A DNA stretch of 35,228 nucleotides from IMG/VR virus record IMGVR_UViG_3300031787_000438, positions 1 to 35,228 of that record. One strand, written 5' to 3'. Made by a program: the position numbers and the translations under genes. This stretch comes from a virus (lineage: Duplodnaviria > Caudoviricetes). The notes beneath the pieces were generated by a model. The model did not search any database, had not been told where the DNA came from, and was given only the letters and a program-made list of their open reading frames with translations. Numbering within the stretch: the stretch's first letter is position 1; every line of letters starts with the position of its first letter. Shown piece after piece: positions 25,599-32,462 of the stretch.

Positions 25599-26067
25599 CG
25601 CGCGCTCGGGGCGCGGCCCTCCGGGCTGTTCGCGCCGAGGGTGTCTGGCGAGCCAGACTATAGCTGACCCTCGCTGTGCGTGCTGCGGGGAAACCTGTGC
25701 GGGCAAGTCGATGACGGCCTTCGGCCGGCATTGTTACCACAGCCCTGAATGCTGGTCGCATTCGGCTGTTGGCCTTGCCCAAGCACTAGGTTTCCGGGCC
25801 GAGAGAAGCCCACCCCTGCGAAGCAGGGAACCCGGCTTCCCGGCCCGTCCTCGCGCCAGCGAGGGGGCACCGCGCGCGCGACGGCGAAGGATACCACGTC
25901 CGTTCCGGAGTGAAGGGGCGATTGTGCCCCCTGCAATGCAGTCCGACAGCGGATTTCCCTGTCTTTGCAGGCGGCACAATCGTCGGCCCCTGGCCGAGTG
26001 AACCCCCTTCAGCACCGGACGTGCGGCCGTGATCTGAACTGTGGGTCGCTATCACGGTGATGGCGAC
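25599..26067 (+). ncRNA. Large multi-domain structured non-coding element (RNA or ssDNA) between the divergent late and early operons
   Basis: More than ten nested stems, e.g. 25668-76/25857-65, 25689-96/25788-95, 25796-801/25841-46, 25895-902/26016-23, 25911-18/26004-11, 25919-28/25973-82; no credible ORF. Confidence 0.65.
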
Positions 26068-26084
26068 TGACAGGAGTAGATATC

Positions 26085-26285
26085 ATGACCATTCAGACCA
26101 TCGAGATCGAACAAGAGTTTGCCGTCCTCGGCGGCGTGCTTCGCACCAGCTGGGCCGAGATCGAGGATTACTTCTTCGACCAGGCGCAGGACGAGGACTT
26201 CATCGTCGAAGGCATCGAGGAAGGTGCGAAGCTGTGCTGCCCGATGTGCGGCAGCGACTTGGAGATCCAGGGCGGAAAGCAATGA
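26085..26285 (+). CDS. Small acidic early protein with CPxCG motif
   Basis: CAGGAG RBS; 15 D/E versus 3 K/R in 66 aa. Confidence 0.75.
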   Translation: MTIQTIEIEQEFAVLGGVLRTSWAEIEDYFFDQAQDEDFIVEGIEEGAKLCCPMCGSDLEIQGGKQ

Positions 26286-26386
26286 GAGAGACGAGGGGGA
26301 CGGCGCTGCAAGGCGTCGTCGCCCCGGCTGGCGAGGCAACGGACGCCTCGCACCACCATCCCCATAGAGAAATGAGAGTAGAGATT

Positions 26387-27046
26387 ATGACCAAGACCTC
26401 GAACAAGACCGTCGCCGTTGCTGAAGCTGGCCGTGAGCTGGCAGGTGAGCACGTCATCAACTCCGAAGTGCGTGCCGCTGAAGGCCACCGCGAATTGACC
26501 GCCGCTCCTACCAAGGAGAGCATCACTGCCGGGATCCACGCGGCGATCGACAGCCTCTCGTCAGTGTTTGTCGAGATGGAACTCCGCCGCCGTGGCGACA
26601 ACGGCAAGCTCTATCCGATCAACGTCGATCTGCCGCGAGGCGTCGAGGACACCGGCGAGATCGAGATGGTCAATTCGCTGCGGTCGCTGCAGTCCTTCCT
26701 GACCAGCACTATCTGCCAGCGTCTCGAGACGATGCTCGAGTTCAATGCCGAGAAGGTAGCGAGTGCGTCAGCGCAGCTGCGCGCCAAGCGTAACGCCGAA
26801 GCCGAGGGCGCAGCCACCCAGCGCGAAGTCGAAGTGGCTCAGGGTTGGAAGGAGAACTACGAGTATCAGCGGGCGCTGCTGGTGCGGGCATACACCGCTG
26901 CGCAGGACGCCCACTTCGATGCGCTGGGCGCCGAGTATGAGACGAAGGCGATGCGCGAGGCGGCGGCGCGCGCCAAGCGGCGGGCGCTGAGCACGGCCGA
27001 GCCGAAGGCGTCGAACGCCCACGCTGATCGCATGTCGCGGCTGTAA
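26387..27046 (+). CDS. Hypothetical early protein (helical)
   Basis: Purine-rich RBS region before ATG 26387; phage-like codon usage; followed by a terminator. Confidence 0.7.
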   Translation: MTKTSNKTVAVAEAGRELAGEHVINSEVRAAEGHRELTAAPTKESITAGIHAAIDSLSSVFVEMELRRRGDNGKLYPINVDLPRGVEDTGEIEMVNSLRSLQSFLTSTICQRLETMLEFNAEKVASASAQLRAKRNAEAEGAATQREVEVAQGWKENYEYQRALLVRAYTAAQDAHFDALGAEYETKAMREAAARAKRRALSTAEPKASNAHADRMSRL

Positions 27047-27059
27047 CGCCTGACCTGTC

Positions 27060-27100
27060 GGGGGCTTGGCCTAGCGGCCAGGCCCCCTTCCCCCTTTTTT
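27060..27100 (+). terminator. Rho-independent terminator
   Basis: GGGGGCTTGGCC-TAGC-GGCCAGGCCCCC followed by a T-tract. Confidence 0.8.
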
Positions 27101-27156
27101 GCTTGGTCCAACCTTGGACACAGGCCCGGCTCACTGCCGGCCAAGGTGCGCTGGGC

Positions 27157-27167
27157 CTAGTCCATTG
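27157..27167 (+). promoter_or_regulatory. Promoter-like motif, copy 6 (CTAGTCCATTG), on the plus strand
   Basis: 11-nt match just after a terminator and upstream of ORF 27218, with the same spacing as the other copies. Confidence 0.6.
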
Positions 27168-27217
27168 CGGACAGAGGGACAGCTGCGCTCCAACGAAATG
27201 AAATGAGAGGCAACGAA

Positions 27218-27397
27218 ATGATCGAGCATCATCGCCACCACTTCAACGAAATCATGGCCCGGCGTGAGGCCATGCGCAAACTCAAGCGCCAACAGAAATG
27301 GGACGCAGTGATTGCGCTGATCACCGTCCTCGCTTCGGGCGCCGCACTTGGCGTGCTCGTCGTCCTCAGCGTGGCGATGCTCAGCACTCCACGTTGA
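27218..27397 (+). CDS. Small membrane protein
   Basis: GAGAGG RBS; basic N-terminus and a long C-terminal hydrophobic segment. Confidence 0.65.
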   Translation: MIEHHRHHFNEIMARREAMRKLKRQQKWDAVIALITVLASGAALGVLVVLSVAMLSTPR

Positions 27398-27670
27398 ACC
27401 AATAAGAGGAGAACAAAATGAATTAGATCAGACAGGCCGCGCATATAATCCTCGAACGGGTGCGCGTTGAGCTGTCCATCAAAAGCCGTGAATGAGGCGG
27501 GGCAATCTACTCAAACACCAGGATCTAATCGATCCGCGTGGGATTGTCTCGAGATACCAGCGCACACCCCCATTTAGTCCGAGGTAGCTGGCGGCAGGGG
27601 ATAGGTAAGCACCACAAAATCTGGGTTGGCAGAGATCCCTAAAAACTGCCGCTCTTTTTGGGAGAGATAG

Positions 27671-27928
27671 ATGGGACACCTGACCCTGGTCCACACCGCT
27701 GAGGTGTGGCCGCCGGCTAGTCTTGTCGAGCATCAGCAGCTCGAGCTCGCCAACGAAATGATCAACATGTGCGATGCGATCAACGCTTGCCAAGCTGAAG
27801 CGCAGACTTTAGTGCTGCATCTATGCAGTGTTGGTTTGCGTGGACGCACCGCAGACCTCGCACATTCCCTATGCACTGAGCTTAGCGTGATCAGTGCAAA
27901 GGCGCAGCAACTCACACGCTTTGCCTAA
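27671..27928 (+). CDS. Hypothetical protein
   Basis: GGGAGAG RBS; 85 aa; atypical codon usage; contains an operator-like palindrome. Confidence 0.45.
   Translation: MGHLTLVHTAEVWPPASLVEHQQLELANEMINMCDAINACQAEAQTLVLHLCSVGLRGRTADLAHSLCTELSVISAKAQQLTRFA
27815..27828. promoter_or_regulatory. Operator-like palindrome CTGCAT-CT-ATGCAG
   Basis: Arms identical to those at 30370-30383. Confidence 0.55.
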
Positions 27929-27941
27929 GGAGAATACCCTC

Positions 27942-28229
27942 ATGTTTAAGATCCAGACCAAGACCAAGCAAGTGCTTCGCGTGCATGTTGGTTACAAATA
28001 CATGCTGCTCGACCCGACGCCAGAAAACTTTGCCCTTGCGCAGTGGCTGATGAGCGAGCCGAGTTACACCACCGTTTATAACGGCGACTTCCACTTTTCA
28101 GTGCACGCACTGGAGAACGACAAAAGAACCGTAGCCACGCTTACTGAGCTGATTACGGTTAAGCTGGTCGATATGACCGAGCTTGAATACAACCAGGCTG
28201 TCGCCGACAAGCCGGAGAATGATACCTAA
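27942..28229 (+). CDS. Hypothetical protein
   Basis: AAGGAG RBS before ATG 27942. Confidence 0.7.
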   Translation: MFKIQTKTKQVLRVHVGYKYMLLDPTPENFALAQWLMSEPSYTTVYNGDFHFSVHALENDKRTVATLTELITVKLVDMTELEYNQAVADKPENDT

Positions 28230-28270
28230 CTGGCGGTTGCTGCGGAGTGTTGTTCTGCCTGCATACTCAC

Positions 28271-28299
28271 TTGATCTAACTGCATTCGTGCATTACTCG
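28271..28299 (+). promoter_or_regulatory. Putative promoter (TTGATC -35) with a degenerate operator CTGCAT-TC-GTGCAT in the spacer
   Basis: Same architecture as 30362-30389; upstream of the HTH genes; -10 is weak. Confidence 0.4.
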
Positions 28300-28306
28300 A
28301 AAGCAT

Positions 28307-28582
28307 ATGAGCATGAACGACACTCCGATCCGCCTTGTTTCCTACCTCGCCCAGCTTGAGGCGATGGCTGTCCAGGCGCGCGTCTCCCTGCTGCACGCCT
28401 TCATCAAGGCCGGGGTGCCTAGCTCCACCTACTACCGCACGATCAACGGCGCCGAGCTGCGCTACGAAACGGCGACCAAGGTGGCCTCGTTCCTGCGGAG
28501 GATCATCAAGAAAGGCGGGGCCGAGCATGATGCAGGAGGCAGGACAACGACCAGCAATGGTCAGCCGGCAGTTGTCCAATGA
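28307..28582 (+). CDS. Cro-like HTH DNA-binding protein
   Basis: AF.KAGV.SSTYYR..NG.ELRYETA.KV HTH pattern. Confidence 0.7.
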   Translation: MSMNDTPIRLVSYLAQLEAMAVQARVSLLHAFIKAGVPSSTYYRTINGAELRYETATKVASFLRRIIKKGGAEHDAGGRTTTSNGQPAVVQ

Positions 28583-28793
28583 AGAACGTGAGCACTACCG
28601 CACGCTGATCGAGCAGCTGGTCCGCCTGCGCAAAGCCCGAGGGCTGAGCCAAGAGGCGCTCGACGATCGGCTTGGTGTGTCAGATGGGATGGTCGCCAAG
28701 TGGGAAACCGCGGCGCGTCTGCCCGGTGCGTTCTTCCTCATGTGCTGGTGCAAGGCGCTCGGCGTGCAGCTGTCAGTATATGAGGAGCAATAG
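28527..28793 (+). CDS. XRE-family HTH regulator
   Basis: L.RLRKARGLSQEAL...LGVS...V.KWE...R.P; start uncertain (28527 or 28557). Confidence 0.85.
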   Translation: MMQEAGQRPAMVSRQLSNEEREHYRTLIEQLVRLRKARGLSQEALDDRLGVSDGMVAKWETAARLPGAFFLMCWCKALGVQLSVYEEQ

Positions 28794-28795
28794 AT

Positions 28796-29296
28796 TTGGA
28801 AAGCCCGCCGCTCGACCCGTCAACCGACGCTGCACCCAGCCCGGATGCGACACCTTCCCGTGCTGGTCGCAAGACTTCGGCCGCAGCTGGACGTGTCGGG
28901 ATCACCGTCCGCAAAAAGAAACCCGGCCCCAAGAAGGGGAAGTATAACGCCAAGGGCGAGCACTACGATGGGTTCTGGTTTGCCAGCCAGGCAGAACTCA
29001 AGCGCTACAAGCAGCTGCGTGAACTCGAGGCTGCCGGCCTGATCGACACGCTGCGCTGCCAGATCCCCTTCCGTGTGGCGCTGAACAACCAGCACATGTT
29101 CAACTACATCGCTGACTTTGAATACCGTGTGCTCGACGAGCTCGGCCGGGAGCAGCGCAGCGTGGTTGAAGATGTGAAGGGCATGGTCATGCCCATCTAC
29201 AAGCTCAAGCGGAAGATGGTCGAGGCCATGCACGGCATCAAGATCATCGAGATCCCAGCTGGTGAGGTGGACAAGTGGGCAACCCGCATACCGTAG
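28796..29296 (+). CDS. DUF1064-family (PD-(D/E)XK-like) endonuclease
   Basis: KYNAK....DG..F.S..E..RY, Y.ADF.Y and VVEDVKG motifs; TTG start after GAGGAG. Confidence 0.85.
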   Translation: MESPPLDPSTDAAPSPDATPSRAGRKTSAAAGRVGITVRKKKPGPKKGKYNAKGEHYDGFWFASQAELKRYKQLRELEAAGLIDTLRCQIPFRVALNNQHMFNYIADFEYRVLDELGREQRSVVEDVKGMVMPIYKLKRKMVEAMHGIKIIEIPAGEVDKWATRIP

Positions 29297-29307
29297 GAGA
29301 GAACGGC

Positions 29308-30015
29308 ATGGCTATTGCTGCCATCGAGTGGGCCTTCAACCAGTCCACTCCAAACCCGAGTGCCAAGCTGGTGCTGCTGGCACTGGCCGACCATGCCGAT
29401 GAGCATGGTCACTGCTGGCCTGGCATCAGCCGCATCGAACAGCGCACCGGACTATCCCGCTCGACGGTGATCCGTGCGCTGGCCGAGCTTGAGACCGGGC
29501 GCCTGATCGAACGCACCCGGCGTGGCACCACTAGCAACAGCTACACTTTAACTAGTGTCACCATGACACCACCAAAGTGTCACCATGACACTACCCCTAG
29601 TGTCACCATGACACCCGAACCGTCATTAGAAACGTCAAAGAAGCCTAACAGGGCGCGCGCCCAACTAAGCAGCATAACCGAGGACTGGCATCCCGATGCT
29701 GATCTCTGGAAGTGGGCGCACGACAACTTCCCCCTGTTCACCCGAGAGGACTTGACCAATGCAACCGATAGGTTCCGTGATCACTGGATTAGCAAAGCCG
29801 AGCGTCGAGCAGACTGGCGCGCCAGCTGGCGCAACTGGATCCGCAACGATGCCAAGTTTGCAGCGCGCTCCCACTCTGCCACTCGGCTGGATCGGGTCCG
29901 CTCGACAAATGCTGAGCGTATCAACGCTGCAATGGATCGGCACGGCGTATCACAAACGCGAGAGCCCGGTCGGTCACACCTTAGGCTCGTTGCAGATAGT
30001 GATAGCGGACATTGA
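29308..30015 (+). CDS. Replication initiator (lambda O-like, N-terminal HTH)
   Basis: KLVLLALADHAD..G.CWP...I...TGLSR.TV.RAL..LE; C-terminal F.DHW.......DW.A.WRNW; internal iterons. Confidence 0.85.
   Translation: MAIAAIEWAFNQSTPNPSAKLVLLALADHADEHGHCWPGISRIEQRTGLSRSTVIRALAELETGRLIERTRRGTTSNSYTLTSVTMTPPKCHHDTTPSVTMTPEPSLETSKKPNRARAQLSSITEDWHPDADLWKWAHDNFPLFTREDLTNATDRFRDHWISKAERRADWRASWRNWIRNDAKFAARSHSATRLDRVRSTNAERINAAMDRHGVSQTREPGRSHLRLVADSDSGH
29554..29614. repeat. Three iterons AGTGTCACCATGACAC, putative replication origin
   Basis: Exact 16-mers at 29554, 29576 and 29599 (22/23-nt period); each contains the palindrome GTGTCA-N3-TGACAC; inside the initiator gene. Confidence 0.8.
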
Positions 30016-30346
30016 TCGGGACGCTAACGCTATCGAAACATGGATGAGGCCAGCCACCAAGGCGACCATCATCAAGACTGTCGAAGCTATGGCCTCGCTG
30101 TTCCAAGCGCCTGTGCCTGATGATCTCGGCTTTGATCTCTATATCCTGGCGCTGGCACAGATGCCTGGCCCAGTGTTCAAGGCAGCACGCAACAAGCTGA
30201 TCACCACCCACAAGTGGCCGCGCCTACCCTTGCCGGCTGACTTTGTTGCAGCAGGGCAGGAAGAACAGGAGAGGATCGATGCTGTCCGCTCCGTGCTTCA
30301 GACCGCGCGCCGCCAAGCTGAGCGCGCGATCCTCACCCTGCGCTGA
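29990..30346 (+). CDS. Putative helicase loader / replication accessory protein
   Basis: Follows the initiator; Y..AL...P......A.......W...P.PAD motif; start uncertain. Confidence 0.55.
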   Translation: MQIVIADIDRDANAIETWMRPATKATIIKTVEAMASLFQAPVPDDLGFDLYILALAQMPGPVFKAARNKLITTHKWPRLPLPADFVAAGQEEQERIDAVRSVLQTARRQAERAILTLR

Positions 30347-30361
30347 CGCATTATTTTGTAG

Positions 30362-30389
30362 TTGAAATGCTGCATGTATGCAGTAGTAT
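30362..30389 (+). promoter_or_regulatory. Sigma70-like promoter TTGAAA-N16-TAGTAT with operator CTGCAT-GT-ATGCAG in the spacer
   Basis: AT-rich intergenic stretch upstream of the recombination operon. Confidence 0.6.
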
Positions 30390-30409
30390 CAACACCACAG
30401 GAGAGAAAC

Positions 30410-31213
30410 ATGGCATCCCTTGAGACTATCCGCGCCAACCGCAGCGAGGGCATCGGTTCATCCGACACCAAGCGCATCATGGATGGCGACTGGCACCGCC
30501 TCTACATGGAAAAGGTAGGCGAGACCGAGCCGGAAGATTTGTCCGGCGTGTTTCGTGTGCAGCTGGGCATCTACACCGAGACGTTCCACCTCGACTGGCT
30601 CGAGCGCAAGTATGCCTGCCAGATCGAGCGCCCGATGCAGCGCTTCTATGCGCCTGACTATCCCGTCATGTTCGCCCACCTCGACGGGGTGCATGTCGGC
30701 AAGGGTGTGCCGGTAGAAACCAAGCACACCAGCAGTGACGCACGGCTGCGTGACAAGGCAGTCTACTACATGCCGCAGCTGCAGCATGTGCTGTCCATCA
30801 CCGGCCATGACTACATGCTGTTCTCGATCATCGCTGGCAACAGCGAGCCGGAATGGTGCGAGGTTGCCGCCAACCTTGAATACCAGGCCGAGCTACGCGA
30901 GCTGATCAAGAGCTTCTGGTGGCACGTCGAGCAGCGTGTGCCGCCCGAGATTATCCCGACTGCCACGCTCAAGGCGGTCGAGCGTGTCGGCGCCACCACT
31001 CCGATCGATGGGCTGAAGCCCTACGACATGACCGGCAACAACGAGTGGGCCAACTACGCGCAGGACTACATCGACTGCATGGCGGCGGCTGCGTTGTTCG
31101 CCGATGCCAAGGATGGCCTGAAGAAAATGATGCCTGCCGATGCCAGCGAGTGCACCGGCCACGGCATTACCATCAAGCGGGACAAGCGCGGTGCGCTGAG
31201 GTTCGGCGCATGA
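30410..31213 (+). CDS. YqaJ-like viral recombinase exonuclease
   Basis: R..GIGSSD, LY.EK.G, HLDG, VETK and YMPQLQH motifs; AGGAG RBS. Confidence 0.9.
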   Translation: MASLETIRANRSEGIGSSDTKRIMDGDWHRLYMEKVGETEPEDLSGVFRVQLGIYTETFHLDWLERKYACQIERPMQRFYAPDYPVMFAHLDGVHVGKGVPVETKHTSSDARLRDKAVYYMPQLQHVLSITGHDYMLFSIIAGNSEPEWCEVAANLEYQAELRELIKSFWWHVEQRVPPEIIPTATLKAVERVGATTPIDGLKPYDMTGNNEWANYAQDYIDCMAAAALFADAKDGLKKMMPADASECTGHGITIKRDKRGALRFGA

Positions 31214-31290
31214 TCGACCTCACCTGGATCAACATCATCGTTGGCATCGCCGCTTATTGCGCCGTGGTCACGCTGTTCGTGACCGGGTAG
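31210..31290 (+). CDS. 26-aa single-TM microprotein
   Basis: MIDLTWINIIVGIAAYCAVVTLFVTG; ATGA coupling to the YqaJ stop. Confidence 0.4.
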   Translation: MIDLTWINIIVGIAAYCAVVTLFVTG

Positions 31291-31329
31291 CACCACTTCA
31301 TCAGCAACGTCCGACTGCAGGAGGCAGGC

Positions 31330-31629
31330 ATGGATCTGTTCGACTATCCCAACCAGCCAGGTTTCAAGGAACAAGAAACGTCGAGAGCGGCGGCCGAGGC
31401 AATCGCCCCTCGCACGCCCCGCCTTCGTGCGGCGTGCCTTCGGGTGATCGCCCGTCAGCCAGCAACACCAGATGAGGTGGCAGATGAGCTGGGCCTGTCG
31501 ATCCTCTCGATCCGGCCACGCTTTACCGAACTCGCCCGAACCGGGCGCATTACCGACACCGGCCTGCGCCGCCCCAACCAGAGCGGGCGCATGGCTAAGG
31601 TGTGGTGCATCAAGGAGACAGCACAGTGA
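31330..31629 (+). CDS. Winged-helix DNA-binding protein
   Basis: TS.AAA..I...T.DEVA..LG....SIRPR.TEL...G.I...G.RR....GR.A.VW; GGAGG RBS. Confidence 0.8.
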   Translation: MDLFDYPNQPGFKEQETSRAAAEAIAPRTPRLRAACLRVIARQPATPDEVADELGLSILSIRPRFTELARTGRITDTGLRRPNQSGRMAKVWCIKETAQ

Positions 31630-32294
31630 GCGACAAGAACACACGCTTTTGGGACGCGCTCGGCAAGACCGACCCCAAGCACACCAAGGGTTTCAGCCGG
31701 GCGGGCGGGTTCAAAGGCACCGCACTCAAGCCGATCTGGATCGTCAAGCGGCTGACCGAAACCTTCGGCCCGGTCGGTGAAGGCTGGGGCACGGAAGAAC
31801 CGCAGTTCACCCTGGTCCACGGACAGGACGGTGAGGTCATGGTCTATTGCCATGTCCGCTGCTGGCACACCAAGCCCGGCCAGTTCTTCTACGGGGTAGG
31901 CGGCGACAAGGTTGTGACCAAGCGCTCCTCGGGCCAGCTGTTCCACGACGACGAGGCTTTCAAGAAGGCGTTCACCGATGCGGTCAACAACGCCTTCAAG
32001 TATGTCGGCGTCGGCGCCGACGTTCATATGGGCCAGTTCGAGGACAGCAAGTATCTCGATCAGGTCGGCGCTGAGTTTGCCGCCGAGGCCAAGGTCGACA
32101 AGGTGGCTGAGCTTGACGAGTTCCGCACTGCGATCGATGCCGCCACCAACCTTGAGCAGCTGGACCTGGCGCTCGCCAAGCACCGGCCGGCAGTCGATGC
32201 GCTTGCCAAGACGCACGCCGCACAGGTTGCTGCCGTGCGCCAGCACTACAGCGCCAAGAAGGGCGAGCTGACCAAGGTGCTCGAACCAGCATGA
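31626..32294 (+). CDS. Rad52/Sak-like single-strand annealing protein
   Basis: LTE.FGP.G.GW...AFKKA.TDA...A...GVGADV motif; partner of YqaJ; AAGGAG RBS and GTG start. Confidence 0.7.
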   Translation: MSDKNTRFWDALGKTDPKHTKGFSRAGGFKGTALKPIWIVKRLTETFGPVGEGWGTEEPQFTLVHGQDGEVMVYCHVRCWHTKPGQFFYGVGGDKVVTKRSSGQLFHDDEAFKKAFTDAVNNAFKYVGVGADVHMGQFEDSKYLDQVGAEFAAEAKVDKVAELDEFRTAIDAATNLEQLDLALAKHRPAVDALAKTHAAQVAAVRQHYSAKKGELTKVLEPA

Positions 32295-32301
32295 GCTTCA
32301 T

Positions 32302-32428
32302 CCCCGGAGTGCAAGCCGGGGCTCCAGCCTGACGCCGTGACAGGTGAAGAACCACGGCACCCCCGCACCCTGCCCGCACTGCGCGACTAGGCAGCTAACT
32401 CCCGAAACCCGCTTACGGGGCAGGGTGC
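32302..32428 (+). ncRNA. Structured ssb leader: hairpin, H-type pseudoknot and 11-bp stem
   Basis: CCCCGG/CCGGGG; GCCTG(32327)/CAGGT(32341) interlocked with GCCGTG(32334)/CACGGC(32353); GCACCCTGCCC/GGGCAGGGTGC. Confidence 0.5.
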
Positions 32429-32462
32429 ATCACCATCACCAGTGACACAAAGGAGACATACC

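Noticed and set aside
27398-27670. Retron msr-msd
   Set aside because: Inverted repeats are present, but there is no adjacent reverse transcriptase and no clear a1/a2 arrangement
29554-29614. Short repeats as a mini-CRISPR array
   Set aside because: 16-nt repeats with 6-7-nt spacers inside a coding gene, and no cas genes; they fit iterons
32294-32430. tRNA or twister-sister/hammerhead ribozyme
   Set aside because: No cloverleaf or GTTCRA T-arm; the GUGCAAGCCGG hairpin lacks the other twister-sister core elements; no CUGANGA core
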